From positions 3,330,001-3,362,000 of the forward strand of contig CP178758.1 in the NCBI GenBank assembly GCA_047651235.1: DNA of 32,000 bases, written 5' to 3'. Source of the stretch: Candidatus Electrothrix yaqonensis (GTDB lineage: Bacteria; Desulfobacterota; Desulfobulbia; Desulfobulbales; Desulfobulbaceae). Below, piece after piece: positions 25,406-32,000 of this stretch (position 1 is the first letter of the stretch; each line of letters starts with the position of its first letter). The notes under the pieces were generated by a model. It saw nothing but the letters and a program-made list of their open reading frames with translations. It was not told the origin of the DNA and ran no database searches. Made by a program: the position numbers and the translations under genes.

Positions 25406-25644
25406 CCTCCTCCGACAGAAATGCCTTAGGCCTGCACGTTATTGCTGTAATCCGACTTCGAGATCCCGTTCCAATCCGGTCGTACTGACCGGAACGGCTC
25501 TTTCTGTTTTCGTCCGGATGCGCCGGGTCGTTGAAAAATTACGATCAGGGATGAGGATGGGTATTTTGTGCGTCTGGGGACCAAGGTCAGCGGGAAGATG
25601 CTTGAGAAGAAATAGAGTTGACGGAGGTCGGGTGCAGCGGCTGG

Positions 25645-26070
25645 TTATATACCCTGTCGTGGCGGCGGGGAAATACCGCAGCTTGAATCGCTAAGTTCTC
25701 GGAAAAGGGTCCCCTCCGATCTGGATGAAACTGTGTAAGTTTCGGTTAGGCTACATAGAATATTATTTCCCGAGTCAACTGCCTGTATTTGAAAATCTAT
25801 TGGTCCCGTAGGTATATTCTGGATGGTACATGAATAGGTAATAGCGGAAGAATCGAAAGTCATGGGAATGCTTGTGCCGTAAAAAACTTGCCTATGGGTT
25901 AAAGAGAACTTTACGGTACTGATAGCGATTGCACCCGAGAAGTTGTCGACTGTCACGGTTATGGTGACATCCTGTCCACCACTGCTGTGAGGAGGAGAAT
26001 CTACACTACCACAGGACGAACATTGTAAGGCTGCTATTGCAGCCATAATAAACACAAAAGTTATTCGCAT
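25645..26070 (-). CDS. Small secreted protein or lipoprotein, beta-sandwich-like
   Basis: ORF 25645..26130. Start at ATG 26070 (MRITFVFIMAAIAALQCSSCGS). It has a signal peptide with a non-canonical lipobox-like LQC, followed by alternating beta-strand pattern. It is the last gene of the AT-rich cluster. Confidence 0.55.
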   Translation of the reverse strand: MRITFVFIMAAIAALQCSSCGSVDSPPHSSGGQDVTITVTVDNFSGAIAISTVKFSLTHRQVFYGTSIPMTFDSSAITYSCTIQNIPTGPIDFQIQAVDSGNNILCSLTETYTVSSRSEGTLFRELSDSSCGISPPPRQGI

Positions 26071-26151
26071 CGTCGTTTTCTCTCTATTAGGGCAGCAAGA
26101 ATGCTTTGCTATTGACCAAAGCATTCCCATGGTACAGTCACTTTGACCAAA

Positions 26152-27153
26152 TTATTCATCCTCTTGTTCGTAGGTTTCGGTGTTGGCCAAGTCCATAGAT
26201 TCGTCATTGGGCATCACCGGTACATCTGAAAGAATCTTGTAGTTCGCTTTCGGATTCTTCAACACAGGGATAATCCAATCGCCATCATAGGACGTTCCGT
26301 CGTACTGCGCAACCTCTCCCAATGTAAAGAGTGCCGGTTCAATCGTTGTCCCGTCATCATATAAAATATACCTCGCATCGGTAACATTGAGACTGTCAAC
26401 AAGATCTTTTTTCGACTTTTTGTAGTGACGAGTGAGCATCTCCTTGACTTGTTTTTTGACCTGTGTTTCAGATAGATAATCGTTCGCATCAAATTTCAGA
26501 TTCTTCGACATCTTGGTCCATTTTTTGATGAGTCCGGCAAGTTCACCATCCTCGCCAAGAGTGACGACCATGCGTGAGTGACCAACAACTGGAACATCCT
26601 TTATGCGACGGTCATAATATACGGTGACCAGTTTCTTGTAGTCCTGAGAAGTCCCGTCTTCACTATTGTACACTGCTTTATTCACACCGCCCACATGCGC
26701 AAGCTTAAGTTCGCTACGGATTGATCCTTTGAGGATGCCCAGGTCGGCCATATGCTTTTTGGCAATCCGCACCGCTTCGTTCTTTCCTGGCAGGTTGCTG
26801 GTATCTCCATCACCTTCGTACTTCTTGGTTCCCTTGTTGAAAACAACATCATCGCCTTCCAAGGCAAGGTATCCCGCTGGGTCGTTCTCGACGCTAAAAA
26901 GCTGCTCGGATGCACCTGTCTTAGAGTTATTTTCGGATAGAGTGACATCGGTATAGGAGCTTATTCTTTCAGCCCAGCCTTTTGTTTTTTTTTGTTTGGA
27001 GGATTCTTGTTCGAGCATATACTCAAACCCTCCTCCGTCCTGGTGTAGACCGTTCTCAACGTCAATCTGCATATTATCGACATTCACCTCTTGAGCATGA
27101 ACATTCGCCACGCACATGGTGGCTATTGCGGCAAACGTAATGATAGCTTTCAT
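26152..27153 (-). CDS. Secreted 333-aa protein of unknown function
   Basis: Signal peptide MKAIITFAAIATMCVANVHAQE with AAAGGAG RBS. Lys/Asp-rich body. The segment NEAVRIAKKHMADLGIL resembles propeptide/PepSY-type helices (weak). Confidence 0.65.
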   Translation of the reverse strand: MKAIITFAAIATMCVANVHAQEVNVDNMQIDVENGLHQDGGGFEYMLEQESSKQKKTKGWAERISSYTDVTLSENNSKTGASEQLFSVENDPAGYLALEGDDVVFNKGTKKYEGDGDTSNLPGKNEAVRIAKKHMADLGILKGSIRSELKLAHVGGVNKAVYNSEDGTSQDYKKLVTVYYDRRIKDVPVVGHSRMVVTLGEDGELAGLIKKWTKMSKNLKFDANDYLSETQVKKQVKEMLTRHYKKSKKDLVDSLNVTDARYILYDDGTTIEPALFTLGEVAQYDGTSYDGDWIIPVLKNPKANYKILSDVPVMPNDESMDLANTETYEQEDE

Positions 27154-27181
27154 TGTTTTCTCCTTTCTGGATTTTTTTGGA

Positions 27182-27919
27182 TTAGTACTGGTACCAATTA
27201 ACTAGGTAGCTTGGGTTCGGCTCATCAGGGGCATGAGAATACTTGTAGCGATCATTTTGTACACCTGGAGTCATCACGGCAGAACCGAACTCAGCAAGTT
27301 TTTCCCACCACCAGAAACCGGTGTGATAACCTTCGGCGTTGATAGCATCGAACCACGACTGCCAAACTAAATTGTTACCAGCCATTCGTGCGCCAAAGTA
27401 GTTAGAGATGTCGTCTGCGGTGGAGATTACCGCATTGGTTCTGAATCCAAGAGCTTGATGGAGTCCGTCGAAGATACCGGTAGATGATTGCCAAGGTGAC
27501 CACCAGTCACTTCTTTCCAGAGAGCTGGGGATTGTCTGACATGAGTGAAAAACGATGAACTCTGTGTCGTTATCTCCATAGCCACCATTGGATGACCAGC
27601 CAACATTTCCCAAGTTGATATACGTAGATGCACCGCTTCCTGCACCATTGGAATAGACCCCGATGAGGTACTGGTTTCCATGACCACAGTAGTAGGCGAA
27701 ATCCACGCTGTCGACAAAGCCGTTGTTGGCCAACGTAAACATGGGCTCGCTCGCCCAATAGTATTGCTCATAATCAAAATGCTTGATGAAGTTGTAGACA
27801 ACTCCGGGGGTTGCAGGATCGTTGCCACAGTACCCTCCTTCTTCCCACGCCAGAGCATGAGCCGTGGACGACATAGTCAACAACAGGCCAGCGGTCATAA
27901 GAATGGATGTATTTCGCAT
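27182..27919 (-). CDS. Secreted 245-aa protein with clan-CD-peptidase-like His/Cys arrangement
   Basis: Signal peptide MRNTSILMTAGLLLTMSSTAHA. A hydrophobic strand then His-Gly (VDFAYYCGHGN), followed by a second hydrophobic strand ending in Cys (TEFIVFHSCQT). This order (His before Cys, each after a beta-strand) is that of caspase/gingipain/legumain-type enzymes. Trp/Tyr-rich C-terminus. Confidence 0.6.
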   Translation of the reverse strand: MRNTSILMTAGLLLTMSSTAHALAWEEGGYCGNDPATPGVVYNFIKHFDYEQYYWASEPMFTLANNGFVDSVDFAYYCGHGNQYLIGVYSNGAGSGASTYINLGNVGWSSNGGYGDNDTEFIVFHSCQTIPSSLERSDWWSPWQSSTGIFDGLHQALGFRTNAVISTADDISNYFGARMAGNNLVWQSWFDAINAEGYHTGFWWWEKLAEFGSAVMTPGVQNDRYKYSHAPDEPNPSYLVNWYQY

Positions 27920-27960
27920 AGTTTTCCCCTTCTATGAATAAATATTTGTATTTGATACTA

Positions 27961-28078
27961 TTTCTACTTTGGCGATCATAAACATAACTATCTTATTTTT
28001 ATTAAGTATTTAAAAACCCCTGTTTTTAGCATTATTAATATTATTAAATAGTTAATGGTATGGTCACCAAAGTAGAAC
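27961..28078 (-). mobile_element. 118-bp MITE (copy 2), inverted relative to copy 1
   Basis: Reverse complement of 16084-16201 with only a few mismatches (e.g. CTATCTT vs CTAGCTT, TAGCATT vs TAGTATT). It is flanked by TA/CTA (27958-27960 and 28078-28080) and sits 42 nt upstream of the 245-aa gene start. Confidence 0.7.
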
Positions 28079-28304
28079 TATTCTTGACTCATTATGGAGT
28101 GCTCTACATTTTTGGATCACCTCCTCTTATCTCTACAGTCGTAAGTTCTCTGGTGACTTGCATTGCAGGATTTAGGTTGAAACTTACAGGGGGGGTAACC
28201 TTCCTGTTAATAAAAAAGTATTTATATCAGCATGATCGGTAACAATTGTTATTCCCGTGCAAGGTTAAAACCCCTATAGAATTTGATTGCATAATCTCAA
28301 TAAA

Positions 28305-28352
28305 CTACAGGGTCATCTTGATCGGCAGAAATCCGCCGCTGTCAGAGTCCAT
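28305..28352 (-). pseudogene. Orphan 5' end of the AAA+ ATPase gene
   Basis: ATGGACTCTGACAGCGGCGGATTTCTGCCGATCAAG... gives MDSDSGGFLPIK, then MTL and a stop. The first 12 codons encode the same peptide as 17035-17070. It overlaps the 381-aa gene stop by 11 nt. Confidence 0.6.
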
Positions 28353-28409
28353 TGATTATTCCGTCCTTGCTGAAAGATATTATCTTGTATCCTTTGTAGA
28401 AGCCATGCA
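28318..28409. repeat. Right copy of the 92-bp inverted repeat
   Basis: Reverse complement of 16978-17069. The perfect core is 28333-28383. It contains the true 3' end of the 381-aa gene. Confidence 0.85.
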
Positions 28410-29487
28410 CATGCTGATGCAGCTTATAGGGCATAATCGCTATCTTGCGGATAAGGGAGGCCTTCTGTGCTTCCAGTTCGTTGAAAACCGAATATTCATC
28501 AACATCGGTTGGCTTTGGAATATAAAAGCGTTCCCTGACCCGCTCTCCGGTTAAAATATTGCCGAGCGCCTGCTGATCCTTGATCACAGTCTGTCCGGCG
28601 GAAAAGACAAACTGCTCGGTCAGATGAAAGACAAATTTTCTCCCCTCATCTCCTGCTGCGAACAGCTGTTCTGTTTCTTCCGGCAGATTGACGGAAAAGG
28701 ACTGGGAATAGATCGGGCCGATGCAGATACGCTTGAGCATCTTGGGGTGAACAGATTCAAGCCGCTGGTCAATCGCCATAGCCACAATACCTACTGCCGG
28801 GGCCCGTGCGCCCTCCGAACGGATAACCTCCATGAAGCGGTCAAAAGCCTCCTGTTTTTTTTGACGCAGGGGTGGCTCGTCTCTGTCCTGCTTAAAATCA
28901 AGCAGATAAATATAGGGTCTGTTGCTTAGCTTATCGTAGCAGGCCCAGTAATACAGATACCGTCTTTTCTTTCTGTCTCCTGTCTGCAGGGGGATCAGCT
29001 GTCCCTCATTAAAAAAGAGAAAAAGGTTTTCCCGGATCAGCCCCCTGCGGTAGACATTATCCGCCATCCTGGCCAGCAGTTCTTCAGGTTCTTTGCGCTT
29101 TTCCAGAAGAGAGGAGAGGATCTGCTCTTTCAGTTCCTGCCCTTTATCTTCAGGAGCCTGTTCATTCTGCCGTAAAAGATCGGTTTCAAGCTGGGCGATT
29201 TCATAAAAATTGACAAAGCCGGAGTCGCTTTTGTCGATTTTCAGGCTGTCCGAAGAATTGAAGAGATATTTAATCCGGAGAAGGTCAAAAGTATAGGAGA
29301 GTTTTCTGAGGAAGGTCAGGACAATATCATGCTCTGTCACGGCCTCCTGTTCCCTCTCCTTTTTTAACGCATAGAGCTGTTCAACCGCCTTGAATGCTGT
29401 CAGGGTCTTGGTCATGTACTTGACATGCTCCTCCCGTTGCTCCAGGGCAACCAGATCATGGAGTGAGTACTCATCCCAGTTCAACAT
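28342..29487 (-). CDS. Hypothetical 381-aa protein (no family recognised)
   Basis: Long ORF 27 nt downstream of the 455-aa gene. Helical N-half. The C-half has RRYLYYWACYDKLSNRPYIYLLDF and ends GFYKGYKIISFSKDGIINGL. No TM segments or signal peptide are apparent. Confidence 0.7.
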   Translation of the reverse strand: MLNWDEYSLHDLVALEQREEHVKYMTKTLTAFKAVEQLYALKKEREQEAVTEHDIVLTFLRKLSYTFDLLRIKYLFNSSDSLKIDKSDSGFVNFYEIAQLETDLLRQNEQAPEDKGQELKEQILSSLLEKRKEPEELLARMADNVYRRGLIRENLFLFFNEGQLIPLQTGDRKKRRYLYYWACYDKLSNRPYIYLLDFKQDRDEPPLRQKKQEAFDRFMEVIRSEGARAPAVGIVAMAIDQRLESVHPKMLKRICIGPIYSQSFSVNLPEETEQLFAAGDEGRKFVFHLTEQFVFSAGQTVIKDQQALGNILTGERVRERFYIPKPTDVDEYSVFNELEAQKASLIRKIAIMPYKLHQHVHGFYKGYKIISFSKDGIINGL

Positions 29488-29514
29488 GTCGGCAACAGCT
29501 TCTTAGATAAAAAA

Positions 29515-30882
29515 TTAGGCAAAAAGATTCTCGTCATGATCAACCGATGCTGCTGCACCGGAACCGCCTGCTCCGGCAGAGCTGCTGCCGTCTTCCCTGT
29601 AAGTGAATTCAGAAGCGCTCAGGGGATCAATACCGTAATTGCGGATCATCTCCTCGCGCAGCTCGGCTTCATCCTCGCTCAGATCCGCCGCGTGTTTGGC
29701 CAGGGCCTGGGCAACATTGGCCCGCCGGCGGATCTGTTCCGGAGTCAGCTTCATCTTTTCGATATAGGCAGTGTCGGAAGCAACGATGATTTTGGCCACA
29801 TTCTCCATCTGGCGGGCATTTTTCTCGTCCGTCATGGTGTCCACATTCTGGGCGATTTCCTGATCCGCTGCCGCCTTGAGCATTTCCAGATAGGACTGAT
29901 CCTTGACCAGATCCTCCTGCAGCTTGGATTTCAGGGTGGCAATCCACATCTGATGATTGCTGAGCAGCTTCTGCTGAGCCTCCTGGTGGGCTTCATGCTC
30001 CTGAATGGATTTTGTCTTTTCATCCAGAACAGCCTGCACAACCTTGAGTTTCCCCCGATTCTCCTGCAATTCGGCCCGGAGCTTGGAAACCTTGGCAAGC
30101 TGGGCCGTATGTTCGGCTGAACCGGTCTCAAAGGAATCAATCGCCAGTTCTTCGTTCTGCACCTCGCTTTCCATCTGCTCCACGATTTCCACCAGCTTAG
30201 TGGCCCGTTCCGATGCCTCGTTTTTGATCTCGAATGCCTTTTCTTTCCGCGCTTTGATCGCCTCCAGCTGGTTGCGGATGCTGGAAGTCCGCTCCGTCAT
30301 AATATCAATGGTCTTCTGGCCCATAACCTGGACAACATTCAGGGTCTGTTCAATATCAGCGGACATGAGCCGTTCCCGTTTCATGGTTTCCGCCTTTCTT
30401 TTGGAATTCACCATCAGGTGCTCCGCATCCCGCATATTCTCTTCCGCAGCTTTAACCTTACCTTCCTTGCCCCAGCCGAGGCCCAGAAATCCCGTATAGG
30501 CATTGGCCTCTTCAAGAACTTTCTGCGCCTGTTCAAAAGCGGTCTGCGCATCACTGACCAGTTTTTTCTCTTCGTCAGAATCTTCAACCAAGGATTGAAA
30601 TTCTTTATCCATACCGTCGATTAAGACTTTCATCCCGTAGACGGCCTTGGCCATGTCCTTCTCATCGCTCTGGATGGCCTGACGGATCGTATTGATCTTG
30701 GAGGCCAGAATCTCTTCCCGTTTTGCTCGTTCTTTTTCGTCCGAGATCTTTGAAATTTCCTCATGCTCTCTGTCCAACTCCGCCAATCTGGAGACCACAT
30801 CCACCGGGCCTTTGGCCATATTGTTTAAATTTGAGGTGGTGTTGTCCACCAGACTGGCAAACAGGTCTTGACTCTGCGACAT
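29515..30882 (-). CDS. 455-aa all-helical/coiled-coil protein (no family assigned)
   Basis: GGAGGA RBS. Lys/Glu/Gln-rich heptad-like sequence runs throughout. One Gly/hydrophobic break (AYTGFLGLGWGKEG). Disordered Ser/Gly/Ala tail. It is the first gene of the minus-strand unit. Confidence 0.7.
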   Translation of the reverse strand: MSQSQDLFASLVDNTTSNLNNMAKGPVDVVSRLAELDREHEEISKISDEKERAKREEILASKINTIRQAIQSDEKDMAKAVYGMKVLIDGMDKEFQSLVEDSDEEKKLVSDAQTAFEQAQKVLEEANAYTGFLGLGWGKEGKVKAAEENMRDAEHLMVNSKRKAETMKRERLMSADIEQTLNVVQVMGQKTIDIMTERTSSIRNQLEAIKARKEKAFEIKNEASERATKLVEIVEQMESEVQNEELAIDSFETGSAEHTAQLAKVSKLRAELQENRGKLKVVQAVLDEKTKSIQEHEAHQEAQQKLLSNHQMWIATLKSKLQEDLVKDQSYLEMLKAAADQEIAQNVDTMTDEKNARQMENVAKIIVASDTAYIEKMKLTPEQIRRRANVAQALAKHAADLSEDEAELREEMIRNYGIDPLSASEFTYREDGSSSAGAGGSGAAASVDHDENLFA

Positions 30883-30936
30883 GGTTCAATCCTCCGGAAA
30901 AAAATTATGACGAAATTGAGTACGGACGCACTCACT

Positions 30937-30952
30937 TGCAATTCTGTATCCA
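30937..30952 (-). promoter_or_regulatory. Sigma-54 (-24/-12) promoter candidate for the 455-aa gene
   Basis: The minus strand reads TGGATACAGAATTGCA. This gives GG and GC with the canonical 10-nt spacing of TGGCAC-N5-TTGCA. It is about 55 nt upstream of ATG 30882. Confidence 0.45.
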
Positions 30953-31045
30953 TTTAATTAATGGAAATGAACCGGATACGCAAGAGAATTCAACAGCAGG
31001 GGTACGGATGACTCTGCAACTGGCCGGACCACGGAATACGCATTT

Positions 31046-31087
31046 GACATTGTTTGACACAGTGACAGCGCGTTTTCACACAATGTC
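31046..31087. promoter_or_regulatory. Inverted repeat, possible upstream activator site
   Basis: GACATTGT (31046-31053) and ACAATGTC (31080-31087) flank 26 nt. The extended arms are GACATTGTTTGACA / TTTCACACAATGTC. It lies 95-135 bp upstream of the sigma-54-like element and also upstream of the divergent cyclase gene. Confidence 0.3.
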
Positions 31088-31215
31088 CTGCTGATCCGAC
31101 ACGTATTTACCGTTGTTCATTTGCAAAAAATTAGGTAGAGTCTGCGATGCTGCTGCAGGGCCGGGGTCAGGCAGTCACCGGTTGCTTCAGGGGGAATCCT
31201 TTTCGTTTTTTCCGT

Positions 31216-32000
31216 ATGTTCCGTAAAATAAAGACATTGAGGCGAGCTGTACATCAGGTGTCGGGAAATCAAATACAGGAACAACTTTTTGCGCAGCACC
31301 CTGTTTTTCTTCATTTCCGCAGTCCGGCTCTGGAAAATGAATTCAAGCGGTTTCAAAGCAGTGAGACCCTGATATTTATCCGTGCCGGTTTCCTTTTCGG
31401 AGCGCTCACCCTGACCGGCAATATCGTATTGACCTATGTTATTGCCCCGCAGTATTTTTATCCGGTTCTTCTAATCTTCAGCAGTTTCTATCCGCTGTAT
31501 TTCTTCGGCTTCTACTCAACCTATTACGAAAAATATAGTAGTCATTACCAGTACATCACATCTGCAGCCTTACTTGTTATAGCCCTGTCAATGTTCCTGT
31601 GGGCACCTGTTCTGTCCGAAGAAAAAGCACATATTTTTCTCCTGTTCGGCGAACTGGGATGCCTCTTTGTCTGCTTCTATGCCGGGCAGCTTCGTTTTAC
31701 TTTTTCTGTTCCGACATCGCTTGTGTTCATGGGAACCTATCAGGTGTACCTTATATATTCCTCTCATCAATGGGATGATATCATCATACTCTCCTATGTG
31801 ATCTGGCTGATGGAAGGCATTGCCTGTTTCAGCGGATTTCTTCAGGAACGAAATATCCGTACCCTGTTTCTGCAGAAAAAAATCATCAATGAACAACAGG
31901 TACAGTTAAATCGGGAATATCAACGTTCAGAAGACCTCCTGCATAACATCCTTCCTCACGCTGTTGCCGAGCGCCTCAAAGACGACCAGACCGTCATTGC
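31216..32000 (+). CDS. Membrane-bound class III adenylate/guanylate cyclase, 5' part (continues past window end)
   Basis: Open frame (frame 1) from the stop at 31132-31134 to the window end, so it is absent from the ORF track. Candidate starts are ATG 31216 and ATG 31147. It has several hydrophobic helices, then a coiled linker, and ends ...REYQRSEDLLHNILPHAVAERLKDDQTVIA. That is the characteristic entry into a cyclase catalytic domain. Confidence 0.7.
   Translation, partial: MFRKIKTLRRAVHQVSGNQIQEQLFAQHPVFLHFRSPALENEFKRFQSSETLIFIRAGFLFGALTLTGNIVLTYVIAPQYFYPVLLIFSSFYPLYFFGFYSTYYEKYSSHYQYITSAALLVIALSMFLWAPVLSEEKAHIFLLFGELGCLFVCFYAGQLRFTFSVPTSLVFMGTYQVYLIYSSHQWDDIIILSYVIWLMEGIACFSGFLQERNIRTLFLQKKIINEQQVQLNREYQRSEDLLHNILPHAVAERLKDDQTVI

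Noticed and set aside
31117-31356. Minus-strand ORF 31117..31356 (79 aa) and ORF 31588..31896 (102 aa)
   Set aside because: Both are antisense to the open plus-strand frame that leads into the adenylate cyclase catalytic-domain signature.
1-32000. CRISPR arrays, tRNA/rRNA genes, prophage structural genes
   Set aside because: I saw no regularly spaced short repeats, no tRNA-like T-arm/anticodon structures and no phage hallmark genes while reading the window.

Overview
This is a 32-kb bacterial chromosomal segment. Gene content suggests a Desulfobacterota-like anaerobe, but that is inference only. All family names come from motifs read in the translations; no database search was possible.

Ordinary regions:
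- 1-6.5 kb: the 5' part of a VIT-domain secreted protein, a divergent TetR regulator with three operator palindromes, a delta-60-repeat surface protein, a molybdopterin-binding protein, Trm112, and MscS.
- 11-15.3 kb: two tandem Hsp20 genes, an orphan TRAP solute-binding protein, and a YgiQ radical-SAM protein.

The rest looks accessory or conflict-related:
1. At 6186-6464 an unannotated thioredoxin-fold gene has an in-frame TGA in place of the first Cys of its CxxC motif. It is a selenoprotein candidate.
2. At 6506-10566 a two-gene operon encodes an EACC1-like small membrane protein and a 1215-aa caspase / P-loop STAND NTPase / TPR protein.
3. At 15.6-16.8 kb there is a decayed IS701-like element. 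It carries a 118-bp MITE, and a second, inverted MITE copy lies at 27961-28078.
4. A 92-bp inverted repeat pair (16978-17069 and 28318-28409) brackets about 11.2 kb. The repeat is the overlap junction between a 381-aa gene and a 655-aa AAA+ ATPase gene. Four genes therefore look like one operon split by an inversion: a 455-aa coiled-coil protein, the 381-aa protein, the AAA+ ATPase and a 354-aa protein. I cannot assign this four-gene set to any described system, and it is my best candidate for something new.
5. Inside the bracketed segment are a methyltransferase/ATP-grasp fusion, a second methyltransferase flanked by 78-bp direct repeats, a C-terminal remnant of a 354-aa paralogue, a STAND NTPase stump cut by an intact IS481-family element, and an AT-rich cluster of three secreted proteins. 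One of the three has a clan-CD-like His/Cys arrangement.

The window ends in the 5' part of a membrane class III adenylate cyclase. It is divergent from a sigma-54-type promoter that faces the 455-aa gene.
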